Origin: Perna viridis
Lineage: Eukaryota
NCBI GenBank assembly: GCA_037379345.1
Contig: CM074513.1
Span: 55,593,195 to 55,657,194, forward strand
Direction of reading: 5' to 3'
Length of the DNA: 64,000 bases
Part shown: positions 1 to 12,771 of the stretch, piece by piece
How positions within the stretch are numbered: position 1 is the first letter of the stretch
Layout: each line of letters starts with the position of its first letter
Translations under genes and position numbers: made by a program
Notes under the pieces: generated by a model
Told to the model about the DNA's origin: nothing
Database searches by the model: none
The model's input: only the letters and a program-made list of their open reading frames with translations

Positions 1-99
1 TTTTATACTTTGTCATCATCATTACCTAATTCAGGTAGTTTATACTTTGTGACTATCATAACCTAATTCAGATAATTCATATTTCATTATCATCCCTAC

Positions 100-3000
100 C
101 TTGTTCAGGTAATTTATACAAGTCCTCAACAACACTATCTTCAAAACCACTCTCAGGCTTGCATCTTTGTAGAAAATGTGTATTCACTAAACAATTAAAT
201 TTTTCTTGTACAAAACCGGTGGTGATTTCTGGATGACCTGCAAACAAAAGATTTTAATTTTTTTGTATTTTTGAACAGCTCAGAGAAATGTTGCTTTTTA
301 TCAATTTATATCTAAGATCAGAATTGATAAAGCAGTCGCCAGAGCCTTTAGATTTGTAAAGCCTGAAACAATTTTTTAAATTTTATTCTAAGACTTTGGT
401 GTTTATGTTAATGTACATGATTTGACAGACAGTTTCGACCTGGAGATCTTTAAATTGAATTTTGAGTTGAAAATTTAGAAACTGAGAAAGGCCAAGTTGT
501 AGTTTGTAGTTGAATTATGCAGTATGTTGAATGTTTTGTGTTATATTCATCTAGGTGTTCAATCCATGTAAACCAACACCTAATCTGAATATTTCGCAAA
601 CTGGCACACTGCATGCTAGGATGCATCACAAATTTTGTTATGTGTTTATAAAATGTCCTTCATAATCAGAGTGGTGAATTTAAAAATAAATCAAAGAGTT
701 CAATATTAACAAATTAGAACAATAAGCTTGTTTTTAGATAGTTACATTTGAATTCCATCCCTGTACTTTCCTTTTATTCCTGTTTTTATCCCATATTTTT
801 GCAATTTGATGATTATTTGAAGCGTAAAAATTCAAACCATTGATATAAATTGATTCAGTACTTGAATACTTTTATTTATATATATTGTTATCATACATGT
901 AATATAAGCTTCTTCACATGCTTTAAAGGTAGATCATACCTTTACTAACTAATTGATTAATTAAAAAATGATATTTTCCATGTGTGTCATTGTGCTCATT
1001 ACTGTACAGCTGACAATGACATGTTGACTGCTTGATGATTTCATAAGGTTTAAAAATCCATCACTCTGTGATACATATACTTTTGTCAGTTAATAAATTG
1101 TATTGAGATTTGTTGCTGATTGTTACTGCCTAGAAACAGAAGTTTAACAATACAAATTAAAACAGGCCACTTGCCCTGTTTTTAGCTGTATTTGTTATGT
1201 GTTCAAAATTATTGCATTAATGCAAGTAGATTAAATGGACCATTTCAATTGTATTTAAAGTCATTTGTAAAAAAATAACATATACATTGTACCACGAGTG
1301 AGTAATACTTATCATCTACACAGATTATACATGTATAATATTTATCATCTGTATGGATCATACACTTGTAATACCTAAATGTATCATTTGTATGAATTAT
1401 ACATGTGTAATTCTTAACATTTGTAAAGATTATACCTTTGTAATATTTACCCAGTATATTTTATACGGATTATACATGTGAAATACTAAACATCTGTACA
1501 GATTATACCTCTGTAATGTTTACCCAGTATATTCTATACGGATTATATATGTATAATACTTATCATCTATACAGATTATACCTATGTAATACTTACCCAG
1601 TATATTCTATACAGATTATACGTGTGAAATACTAATCATCTGTACAGATTATGGATGTGTACAACTTTTCATCTGTTTGGATAATACATGTATAATACTT
1701 ATCATCTATACAGATTATACATATTGTCTATACAGATTATACATATGTGATACCTATCATTTGTACGAATTATACATGTGTAATACTTATCAGTATGGAT
1801 TATACATATGTAAAACATAACATCTTTAGGGATTATACATGTGTAATACTTATCATCTAAACAGATTATACATGTGTAATACCTATCATTTGTACAAATT
1901 ATACACGTGTAATATTTATCATCTTTACAGATCATAAATGTGTAATGCATATCATTTGTACAAATAATACATGAGCAATACCTATCATTTGTACAAATTA
2001 TACATGTGTAATACTTATCTGTATGGATTATACATATGTAAAACATAACATCTTTAGGGATTATACATGTGTAATACTTATCATCTAAAGAGATTATACA
2101 TGTGTAATACCTATCATTTGTACAAATTATATACGTGTAATACCTATCATTTGTACAAATTATACACGTGTAATATGTATCATCTTTACAGATTATACAT
2201 GTGTAATACCTATCATTTGTACAAATAATACATGAGCAATACCTATCATTTGTACAAATTATACATGTGCAATACTTATCATCTTTACAGATTATACATG
2301 TGTAATACCTATCATTGGTACAAATAATACATGTGTAATACCTATCATTTGTACAAATTATACATGTGTAATACCTATCATTTGTACAAATAATGCATGT
2401 GTAATACCTATCATTTGAACAAATTATACATGTGTAATATTTACCATCTTTACAGATAATACATGTGCAATACTAATTTTTAGAGATTATACATATGTAA
2501 TACCTATCATTTGTACCAATTATACATGTATGATACTAATCATCTTTACAGATTACACATGTGTAATACCTATCATTTGTACAAATTATACATGTGTAAT
2601 ATTTATCTTTACAGATTATACATGTGCAATACTTATCTTTACAGATTATACATGGCAAGAACAACCGATGGTTACTACCAACCAAGATATGTAACTTGTA
2701 AGAGCAACCAATGGTTACAACCAAGATAACTGGTAAGGTCAACCAACAGTTACAACCAACCAAGATATATAACTGGTAAGATCAACCAATGGATACGAAC
2801 AACTTTAATACGTAACTGGTAAGATCAACCAATGGTTACTACCAACCAAGATAAGTAACTGATAAGATCAACCAATGGTTACAACCAACCAAGATTCATA
2901 AATATATCTAGAATTGAGGTTTTCTTAAAATCCTGAAATTTTTCCTTAAATCTTCAATTGCAAATGATTTGTTTGGTTGAAATTTTGAGTTGAAAAAAAA

Positions 3001-4940
3001 CTGAGATTCTTTATGAAACTAGACCCTAGTAGGATCAATCAATAGTTAAAATGTGTTACCTGCATTAACCAGAGCCTCATTTAATTTGCTAGTGACATTC
3101 TGAATGACTTCTGACATCATCATTTTTCCATTTTGTAAGATTTCTTCAGTGACAAGTTCTGCAGCATCTCCATACAGTGTCTTGGCATTGTATATGTATT
3201 TTGGAAACCTGACTCTTCTTAGAATATTGTCTGAGTTAATTATGTATTCATTTCCTCCTTTTTCATCATCTTTAAAACTGCATATATTATGCTGGAGGAA
3301 CACACATAATACTTTCTTGACCTACAAAAAATGGAAAAAGGCATATCAACATAATGTAAATAAAGTTAGTTACATCTGAAAGTAATTGTTTGTTATCATA
3401 CATTTGTACATGTACAAAATGTATTCACAAAGAGCTCACTGTGACCTCTGACCTTGGTGAACAGGAAAACCCCACATACATTTGTATATCAGCATGTCAT
3501 CTTTGTATATGCCAACTCAATGTATAATATAATTTAAGATTTAAATCCAATCAATACTATAGTCAAGATTTAACAGGAACCTTACCTTTGGATTCACTAT
3601 CCTAAACAAACTTTTGTGTCCATCCAACCACAAATCTTTTTAAAAGGTTTGAAGTATAGATACATGGGAATCTCTCTTGAACTACTTGCCATTCCCATGA
3701 AAGGGTTTATAATGCAAATTGAGAGCATGTACAAAATGTAAATTGTGTAAAATTTGTGAAATCTTACACTTGTTTCAAGAGGTGTAATAACTACAAAAAA
3801 TATAATGTATTTTCTTTCTACAACAAAAATTTAAATTTCAAAGTCTACCCGCATCTAATAAGAACAAATGTTATAATGAAACACACAGGTAATTAAGGGA
3901 AAGCTCTATAGTGGTTTGTGGAAAAAGGTTCTGTGTCAATAGCATGATATTGCAAATTGCAAAATCTTTGCAGTCATTTCTCAGATATAATCCTCAGTTG
4001 ATTTGGAGCACTCCAATTTGGATAAAATTTGTTAAAAAAAAAATCCTTACATTAAATTCTCTAACCTTAACGCCTAAGAAGGTTTTAGTTCATATTAAGA
4101 CCACACAGTTAAAAATTGTGTTTGTTCCAAACACTTGCATCAATAAAACACAATCTTCAAATCATAGTACGTATGTGAAAGTTTACATCACACATTTAAA
4201 AGTAAAAGTTATTTCACATACATGTATGTTACAAGTACACGTTACAACTAATCATAACAATCGGAACACCTCAGCCTTTCTAGTTACACAAAAGAAAAAC
4301 CTCGGAGACACTAGGCGAATGGATCTGTCCGGAATTTGACCAATCCAATTCTAAAATAATAGTTTAACTGGATGAATTTTTTACCATGACTATTTTTCTT
4401 AGCTCCTCACTTTGCGTCAAAATTCTTGGAACAGTTGTTGTTCATTATTTCTAGTGCTATCCAACCAAAATTTTTAGCACCACCTGGTGGATGGAACTAC
4501 TTTGATTCACGTAAGAATACATTTCCAGCAAATTTTTCAGGAAGAAATTCTCCTTTCTGCATCTGAGGTTCTTTTGTAGTGTAGCGGAAATGGCAGAGTA
4601 GTTCCAATTGCTAATTATAAGTAAACTAAACATGTATCCATATCGAAATTAAGTTCAAATGTTTAACTTTCAGGAGAAAAATGTGTACTGTGAACAGACT
4701 TAAGACTTAACATCTTTTCGGGGTATATGGTACATGTGGTAGGAAAGCCTATCATTGACAGAAACAAGTGCCTGCGCCCGTGAATGTAATCACCTTTTCA
4801 AGCGGTAGTTTGTTTTTGGCAGCCAGGTAGCGCAACGCACAGGTATTTTCCTTTAACAAGGAAGAGCCGGTACATTTTGCAAATTCTCCAAAATGATCTT
4901 TCAAAATATGTGAACACAGACTGTTTCTTGTGTGCGACAT
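100..4940 (-). CDS. POLR3C: RNA polymerase III subunit RPC3/RPC62, first three coding exons (gene continues beyond the left edge)
   Basis: Exons 4940-4794 (MSHTRNSLCSHILKDHFGEF...KLPLEK, 147 nt), 3321-3060 (VKKVLCVFLQHNI...RVRFPKYIYNAKTLYGDAAELVTEEILQNGKMMMSEVI...) and 237-100 (GHPEITTGFVQEKFNCLVNTHFLQRC...DLYKLPEQ) are joined by GT-AG introns in compatible phases (0, 1, 1). The protein matches RPC3 motifs as I recall them (LCSxxLxxHFGE, VKKxLCVLxQHN, RYPRYIYxxKTLY, THFVQRC). Confidence 0.93.
1270..2655. repeat. Intronic minisatellite, ~30-33 bp unit (GTAATACCTATCATTTGTACAAATTATACATGT and variants)
   Basis: Dozens of directly visible tandem copies. It accounts for the spurious ORFs 1702-2046, 2511-2729 and 2536-2763. 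Confidence 0.95.
2656..2895. repeat. Second minisatellite, ~35-43 bp unit (AAGATCAACCAATGGTTACAACCAACCAAGATATATAACTGGT)
   Basis: About six degenerate tandem copies directly abutting the first array. Confidence 0.85.
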
Positions 4941-5059
4941 TTCATCAAATATGAATACGGGTTAAATATCGGCCGGGAAATGAATTTATCATTAATGATG
5001 TGTTGTAAATTTGTTCGATTCGCCACATTGAATTTTCAAGCCAAATAGACATTTTGATA

Positions 5060-5425
5060 TTGGAGGGTGTAATATAAAATCCCTGTGTCTGACACTACTT
5101 GACCAATAAGAACCAAACTTGGTTTATAATTGCATGTTCCTTAGGATATATTGCCTAGAAATGATGTTGTAAATTTTTATCTGTAGACAAACATGGCTGA
5201 CATTACTAAAAAAAAATGCTATTTTCCTCAGAAAGTATAGAACAGAACGCCATGAAACGGTTGGTGTGAATTGTTGCTTTAGATATACTGCACGATATAC
5301 CGTAGGGATTATTTATCCTGCCTAGAACCATAGACCTGTAAGTAATTACAGGTGTATGCTAGAACTGAAGTGGGGATTTTTGATTCATCAAAAGGCATGG
5401 TCGCTGTTACTAAAATAGAACATAA
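5060..5425. mobile_element. Decayed non-autonomous repeat with internal tandem subunits (HINE/pearl-type MITE-like)
   Basis: Internal repeat CATGGCTGACATTACTAAAA / CATGGTCGCTGTTACTAAAA about 200 bp apart, plus an AACCAAACTTGG motif. The family assignment is from recall only. Confidence 0.4.
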
Positions 5426-5427
5426 GA

Positions 5428-5585
5428 CCCTTACTCTAACAGTGCACCTGGTCCATGCCCCCAGTTTTCAGTGGAGTCCGAGTTGCTCTTTTACTTTTGT
5501 TGTTTTGTATGTATTGCTTTAGTTGCTTTATGCTGTCTGTTGTGTTTTTTCTGTTTTCCGTGTCTGGTCTTTGTCCTTGGATTAC
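5428..5585 (+). mobile_element. 3' terminal segment of a Penelope-like element, split by a LINE (resumes at 8644-8675)
   Basis: GTGCACCTGGTCCATGCCCCCAGTTTTCAGTGGAGTCCGAGTTGCT...GTCTGGTCTTTGTCCTTGGATT matches the tails that follow the RT at 27080-27240 (plus) and 16700-16870 (minus). Confidence 0.8.
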
Positions 5586-8500
5586 TAGATAGATAGCTTT
5601 ATTCAGATCAGAACATCATACATACAATTTACAGGACAGCATCCATTCATTAAATACAGTCATACAATATGTAGTATACTCTTATGACAATATAGTATTA
5701 AAACTTGCCATGAATGCATCTAGGCTAAATTTTAAAATTTAATTGGTAGCCTTAAAAAGTAAAAATTAGGTCGATGTCTAACATTGGATAGCCCATTAAA
5801 GCTTTTCAGCTTATTTCCAATGGGGTCCATTAAATGTACTCAAACTTATTTAGGGCTAAAAATCAAGAAGCACAAATTGACCAACGCACGACTTAGGCAG
5901 GCTTTATATTTATATATTATGAAATAAAATTACTTTCTAAAGTAACCTTCATTTTTTCAAAAAGACTTTTTTAATTCAGTTTTAAAACTGTTCACATTTT
6001 TTGTTCTCTTCAATTCTAAAGGGAAACTATTCCAATCCTTTATAGCATTATAATAAAATGTATTTGAAGAATGGCAATTAACCGATGGAGTAAAAAAATT
6101 GAATTTACTTGATCTTGTATCATAAGTATGAATATCTGCCATTTTCACAAAATTGCTATTCATGTACCTTGGGCACTTATTATAAAAAAATTCTATGTGC
6201 ATGGTTTAGACACATTTGTTGTACTCTTAGTTCAACATTTAAAAAAAACAGTTGTTAACAAAACATGATAATCAACTCTTTTCCTGTGGTCAAAACCATT
6301 AATAAATCGTACAATTTTATTTTGCATAACCTGAAGCTCTCTTTTCAGAGATTTATTTATACCACTATACCATGACGAACATACATAATCAAAATGACAT
6401 TCTATAAGGGCCATACTCAAAGTCTTCCTCGCATTTTTAGATAGACATTTGGCATTCCTGTATAGAAATCTCAGTCTAGCATTGAATTTTTGGATAATAT
6501 TTTTTACAATAATATTACCAGATAGGAATTGGTCAATATTTACTCCCAAATATTTTACATTTTTTTGAGATGTAATAGTACGTTCATTACAAGTAACAAT
6601 AAACTGTGTGTTTTTTGTTTTTTTTTTTTCATTTTCTTTTTGATCCAAAAAGAATACACTCTGTTTTTCCTAAGTGTAGTGATAATTTGTTATCTACTAG
6701 CCAATTACTACAGGACTGAAGCTCCTTTCCCAGTTTAGTTGAAATGATATCTTGATTTATATGCGAGTACAATATAGCGCTATCATCCGCATATAATGAT
6801 AGCTTGCAGTCAGACCCCACACTGGCAGACATGTCATTGACATAGCATAAAAATAGAAGAGGACCTAATATACTTCCCTGCGGGACCCCACAGTTGACCT
6901 TACGAAAGTCAGACTGTGTACCATTTGCGCTGATCATCTGCTGTCTATCAGATAGATAAGAATCAAACCAGTTCACATATGATAAACTAAGACCCATAAC
7001 TTGAACTTTATTACAGAGAATCTTATGGTCAACTGTGTCGAATGCTTTATGTAAGTCAAGCATTATCATGCCAGTGTAGAGTCCGGCCGCAGTCTGCGAC
7101 CTAATGTGATCAAATAAATGAATGAGGCAAGTGTCTGTACATAAATTACCTCTAAACCCTGACTGTAATTCATACAATAATTTATTTTTTGTTAAATATG
7201 ATTCAAGCTGACTGTAAACAGCTTTTTCTAAAATTTTTGAAATAACAACCAGTATGCTGACAGGTCTATTATTTCCGACCTCTAGTCTACTATTCTTTTT
7301 AAATATAGGGCAAACTCATGTCTCCTTCATATTTTCAGGTACTATACCACTATTGATGGACAAATTAATTATATATGTAATAGGTTTTTTAAGTGCACAT
7401 GCTCCATCTTTCAGATATTTTGATGGTATTCCATCTAAACCAATACTCTTACTGATATTTAAACTTTCAAGATGTTTGAGAACAAAATCTTCGCTCACTG
7501 GAGCTAATTCAAGCCTTAGCTGTTTTGAAAAAAACTACACTATAGAATTTTTTTAAAATATCAGAAGAATAATGATAAATATTTTTAGCTTGAGGTAATT
7601 TTGATACCAATTTCTCTGCTACACCTGTAAAAAATTTATTAAAATGATCAACTACTTTTTTAGAATCATGACAAACTTCGCCGTCCACATCGATGACAAT
7701 TTTACTAGATTCTTTTGGTTTGTTGCTATATCCTAAATTTTTCATTTGTTGCCATAATTTTTTTAGGATTATTTTTATTTTCCTCAATTTTGTTTTCAAA
7801 ATACATTTCTTTTGCTTTCTTTATTTCTCTTTGAGTTTTGTTTCTCAATTTACAATAATTTCCATAATGTATAGGGTTACCCTTTTTATTATATTTTGAA
7901 AAAGATTTATCTCTTTCTCTGATTAATTCCAAGATCTCTGGAGTGATCCATGGCTCAGTTCGGCCTTTAATTCTTATATCTTTAAAAGGTGCCACTTCAT
8001 TTAAGATGTTAATAAATTTCTGTTTAAAGATATCCCATGCGGCATTTACCTGCCTGTGTAGATATAATTCCGACCAATCTAAAGAAGAGAGTTTTTCAAT
8101 GAAGATGTTTTTATCATAGTTTTTTGTTGATCTTATTTTGACTCTATTGTAAACACTCTTATTATTTTTGACAACTTTTCTAGTACAAAATATTATACAA
8201 TGGTCACTGAACCATGACTGTATCACACCAGACTGACTAATTTTATCTTCCGAGCTTACAATTAAATGATCTATAAATGTTTTACTAGAACTTGTAATTC
8301 TTGTTGGTACATTAATAATTTATTTAAGACTAAATCTACATAACAATTTGATACATGATTTTGCTAATACAGACATTTTATGAATAAGACAGATATTAAA
8401 ATCTCAAAAAATATATGTTTCACAATTTGGACTAATCTTTTCAAGAACTTCCTCAAAAATATCTATAAAATTATCTAGCTTTGGTGGTCTGTAAATAGTA

Positions 8501-8643
8501 CCAATAAGTATTGGTTTAGTTTTTGGCAAGATAATGTCTGTCCATATATATTCCATTTTATCGGTTTGAAGATCTGGACGTGGTGAAAACGCAAGGTCAC
8601 TTTTAATGTAAAGACACACTCATCCTCCCTGTCGGTTTCGGTC
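5586..8643 (-). mobile_element. 5'-truncated, frameshifted CR1/L2-group LINE (partial APE endonuclease + RT)
   Basis: ORF pieces carry endonuclease motifs (IGTIYRPP, SDHCIIF), RT motifs (LDLHKAFDTVDH, GVPQGSILGPLLFLCYVND, YADD) and a C-terminal HTYDTRS...WNSFP. The 3' end is AATAAA plus an (ATCT)n tail near 5586-5605. A 5-bp ATTAC duplication lies at 5581-5585 and 8644-8648. Confidence 0.92.
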
Positions 8644-9309
8644 ATTACATTCTTTTGATTTCCGCTAGAATTTTACAATCAAGTATATCAACCTACAACC
8701 CCCTTGTATTTGTAAGTCATGAAACTATCCGGGTGAAATCATATCCTGTGGAAATTATTTTACATTATTATTTATTTTTTTTTTTTTGCGGAGGACATTA
8801 TTTCACTGAAGAAAATGTCCACGCCTATTAAATTGTTTCCACTACTTGAACAATGATTTTTACTATTATATATTAAGAAGTAACTAGAGGTATTCTTAAC
8901 TGTACACAGGATATGATCTCATACTGCAGTATTCTACTATATCAAGAAAATGTAGTTCACATAGACTGAACAGAATTCATAATTGTTCATAGGATATTCT
9001 TTCATACTATTAAATGAGACATATGAAGAGTGAATAGACTTCATACTCTTGATAAAATGGATAATATTTATCAATTAAATAATATCCTGAATGAAAAACT
9101 ATATGTAAAACATCCCATGAAAATCGTCCAGGATACTTATTAACATCTGAAAACAACGTGGATGAAAATAAAAATCTAAAAGTGTCATGGACAACATGTC
9201 ATATCATATAATATTATATGCATCCTTGTATTAACATTCTATGTAGATCGATTCTAGATATATAGTCTAAATATGTTCAACATCACCAAATGATGGTAAT
9301 ATTTACATT

Positions 9310-9341
9310 GAATATTTCAGATAACCGATATCCTTCATCAG
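9310..9341 (-). ncRNA. Minimal type I hammerhead ribozyme-like core within a short dispersed repeat (9265-9349)
   Basis: Minus strand reads CUGAUGA-A-GGAUA-UCGGU-UAUCU-GAAA-UAUUC: both conserved core boxes, a 5-bp stem II and a palindromic AAUAUU in place of stem III. A homologous copy is at 28402-28486. Confidence 0.65.
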
Positions 9342-9719
9342 CATAAAACCAACAAAGTTCAAGACCAAAACATAGATTCTGAAGCTGAATCACACAGTGA
9401 ATGATTGTACCTTTATCAAAGACACACATAACCGAATGATTAAAAATCTGAACGAGAACGAGGGTGTTTTTATATTAAATAACAACGGAAATGAATTAAA
9501 TGTGGAAAACAAAGAAGAAAAGTCGAATTAAATTATAGTAGTACAGCGTATTGATGTATAGCATAGTGGTGTACCAGCTTTAGATAGGACCTAACAATAA
9601 AATTTTTTCTCGTTGATTCCATCTGAGGAAATTGTAATTTTTTTCATCCAAATACTTATTTGTTTTTTCTTATGTTCGATCTTCAAATAATGTTTAAGTT
9701 GTTTTAATTAAAAACTCTA

Positions 9720-9855
9720 CACAACGGACAAGCGGGTATCATGTACTACAGACACACAAGCGGGTATCACGTACTACAGACAACCAACGGACAAGCGGGT
9801 ATCACGTACTACAGACACACAACGGACAAGCGGGTATCACGTACTACAGACAACC
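9720..9855. repeat. Tandem repeat, four copies of ACAAGCGGGTATCACGTACTACAGACA with short linkers
   Basis: Directly visible; period about 30-37 bp. Confidence 0.9.
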
Positions 9856-10526
9856 ATAAGAGTGAAGCGACTAATGGATAGAATTTTCAACAAATAAAAC
9901 GCATGGTAAATGACTACACTGGACTACTATGTCGAAAAATCAAATTTTTAATGACATCAGAAAATTAAAATAGTAACGTAGAATTGAACTTCATGAGTCA
10001 CTAGCTCTATAATAACACTGGAAGGCATCGTTTTGATGACACACTATAAAGAAGACGAAAACTTGTAATAATAACCAAATACATGGAGACAAATTAACGA
10101 CCGCCATGGTAATGATTGATAGTGTTTTCCCCAGACATTTGTGAAGGCATGGTTATTTAAGTATTTTGAGGGCACTCGACCGCACAGTGGGTTTCATTGG
10201 GGGCACCCCACCTTAACACAAGGGCAAATTATTTACTGAAACATGCAATAAATATCCTTCACCCTAGTATGGTATTGTAAACGTATCATAAATGGGTGTC
10301 AACACAACAGGAGTACTTGCTAACATGCAAATAACTTAAAAATAATTAAATTTATCTTATAATTTGAAAAGTTGGATTTTGCCACTTGGGGGCACATTGT
10401 AAAATTCATGATGAAGGCAGCATTGTGCTTGAAGATGAAGGCATGGTGCAGCACCATGCTAAATTGGTCCACGGAATCCTCTATATAATTGAGCATAATT
10501 CTGCTCCCAGTCAGAAAACTCTACAC

Positions 10527-10672
10527 GTTGACGTACTTCCAAACAGAGTGGGGAAACGCTCTCGGACCCACGTGGGGTCCGGGACTAGGCCAGAGCGTCA
10601 ACACAGCAGCCCAGCCGCTAGTAGGACATACTCTGACCGAGTTCTTCGGTCAGGTATCCCGAAAGCTGGGCT
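10527..10672. other. GC-rich, extensively self-complementary island (candidate structured RNA of unknown family)
   Basis: Stems ACGCTCT/AGAGCGT, TCGGACCC/GGGTCCGG, AGCCCAGC/GCTGGGCT and CTGACCGA/TCGGTCAG in an otherwise AT-rich background. Confidence 0.45.
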
Positions 10673-10700
10673 CCGCCACCAACACCAGTTGGTTCTACTT

Positions 10701-11135
10701 TAATCTTGTAGCAACATAGCCCTGTTTCAGAAACCTAACTGTAAGAAGTCTAGCGCGAGACGAAAAGTCTGGCATAACTTATGAGTTGTGATATGAAAAC
10801 TCCATACGCAGGTGCTGAAGGGGTATTGCCACAGATGGAAGGAAAGTTGACAATTCTGATCACGTTTGTTGTAAAGTTTGGTCAATAGTTTTCCTTTACC
10901 ATTGATCTCTATGTGTAGGTCAAGATATAAGGCTGACTTCACAGTGTCTGAAGTATCCTTTATCTCAAGTTCTTTGTAGTAGATGTGATATACCAAGTCC
11001 CCAAAACTAGGATTGTTCAACGACATTACGTTATCTATATAGCGGAAACTGAGATTAAATGATCTGGCTAAACGATGTTCTTTCTTTCGGATCAAATCAG
11101 CTATAAAGTCAGCCTCAAAGAGTGAAGGAATAAGT
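10701..11135 (-). mobile_element. Penelope-like element RT fragment (Naiad/Chlamys-type)
   Basis: FNLSFRYIDNVMSLNN...ELEIKDTSDTVKSALYLDLHIEI...LLTKLYNKRD. Nucleotide-level homologue of 17050-17520. Confidence 0.85.
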
Positions 11136-11469
11136 CTCTATATATGCAGAAAAATGTTTATTAAATAGATTTCAAACATAATTAATAATAATTAATTAAT
11201 AATTAATAATAATTAATACTAATGATATCATCTCTCTATGTGCTTCTAATGATGGTCTTTTGTTCATTCCGTTAACTTTTTGTCAAAGACAATGCACTGT
11301 TTGCGAATCAAAGAAGAACAATGGTATTCCAATATGAATAAAATAAGAACAATGGTATTCCAATTTTATTCAACAGAAACATGTTGCAACAAATATTTTA
11401 TAAGAGAATAAACAATTGTAAGTAAACTGTGAATATCATTTGAATCGTTCTCCGTAGATTGTGATTGAT

Positions 11470-12771
11470 TTAAAGTTTCAGTAGCTTGGCAGCAATGAGT
11501 AGAGACAATACTGAGATGAAAGACATCACGACAGAATCTGAAATTAGAATTGACATATTAACAACTATATATCACCATGTTGTAGAAGCACTAGAACTTG
11601 TATTGCAATTTTAATAATAAAATCAAGTCAATTTGAAGTTTAATTGCATTCGACGTACGAATACGAATCCAAACAAAATTGAAATATCTGAGAAAAAATC
11701 GTCAAGCTGAATCTGTATTTCTAAAAGAATGTAATTAAAATTATAATTTGTATGCGTGCTTTTCACGTAAACTATGACATTAATTTCATTGGTTATTTAA
11801 GTGCATATCCTCACGTATTTTCTTTAAGGGTTATCTTACAGATAAGATTTATAGCTCACCTGCACCAGAACACGTGAAACATCCAGCATGTGTTGCATCT
11901 TCGTCACTTCCATCTGAACAGTCTACTACTTTGTCACAACGTTTGCTTGAGTCAACACAGTTCACTGACCCACTGAAGCAGCCATACTGAGATGAGCCAC
12001 AGTTCTGTAAGAACATTTACATAAAATACATATTTTTTTTCTCTCCAAATAAAACAAAGTGAATTATATTCTATGACATAAAAGCCATGAAACACTGTTT
12101 GCACAACTTAATACTGATACTTATTAAAATAAATCACAGAAATTTGAAATACATGTATTATCAATAACTGCTCTAAAACGCTCTAAAATTCGGGTTCTTT
12201 TTTTCAGCTTTGTACAGCATTTATTGATAAGATTTCAAGCCCGCGTGTTTTTTTTATACACGCCTCATATATAGCTAGCATAGTTTCTTACTTTATCCAG
12301 ATTTCCGAGTTGACTAGGGTAACAGGTTGTTGACCAGCATGAAGATGTTTCGGAACCACTACCGACACAGCTGGCTCCACCATTAGCAGGAGCAGGACTG
12401 TCACATTGGCGAGTTCTGGTGTACTCCCCATTACCACAGGTTACCGAGCAGGATCCATAGGAAGACCAGGCTCCCCAATTACCATTTACTAAAATAAGAA
12501 AGGTAAGTTTTTATGATATTGTATGACACAATCAAGAATGAGTGAATAAGAAGCAAATAAATTAATGACGGTGAAAATATGCCCATTTGATTTACAATCA
12601 AATCAAAACTATAGAACAAAACACAGAGAGTAAATACTTGTCCCAAATTGATTACTAGCTATTACAGATTTTGATACTAATTCGATTTCCAATTTTAGTT
12701 CTACCTGCTTGTCCATACGTGCTGCAAGCTAACCCTGCAAGGATGGTCAAAGTTATCAGCGGTGCCATCAT
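11470..12771 (-). CDS. Small secreted/GPI-type protein: signal peptide + TSP1 + LDL-receptor class A + hydrophobic C-terminus (~158 aa)
   Basis: Exons 12771-12705 (MMAPLITLTILAGLACSTYGQA), 12488-12292 (VNGNWGAWSSYGSCSVTCGNGEYTRTRQCDSPAPANGGASCVG...CYPSQLGNLDK), 12004-11860 (NCGSSQYGCFSGSVNCVDSSKRCDKVVDCSDGSDED...CSGA) and 11537-11470 (DSVVMSFISVLSLLIAAKLLKL*). All introns are GT-AG, phases are compatible, and the 477 nt frame is open. A probable non-coding first exon ends near 13287. Confidence 0.88.

Noticed and set aside
1702-2763. Cys/Tyr-rich repetitive ORFs (YYTCIICTNDR)n that look like metal-binding or adhesive proteins
   Set aside because: They are translations of an intronic ~33-bp minisatellite in POLR3C, with frame-breaking unit-length variation and no splice or start context.
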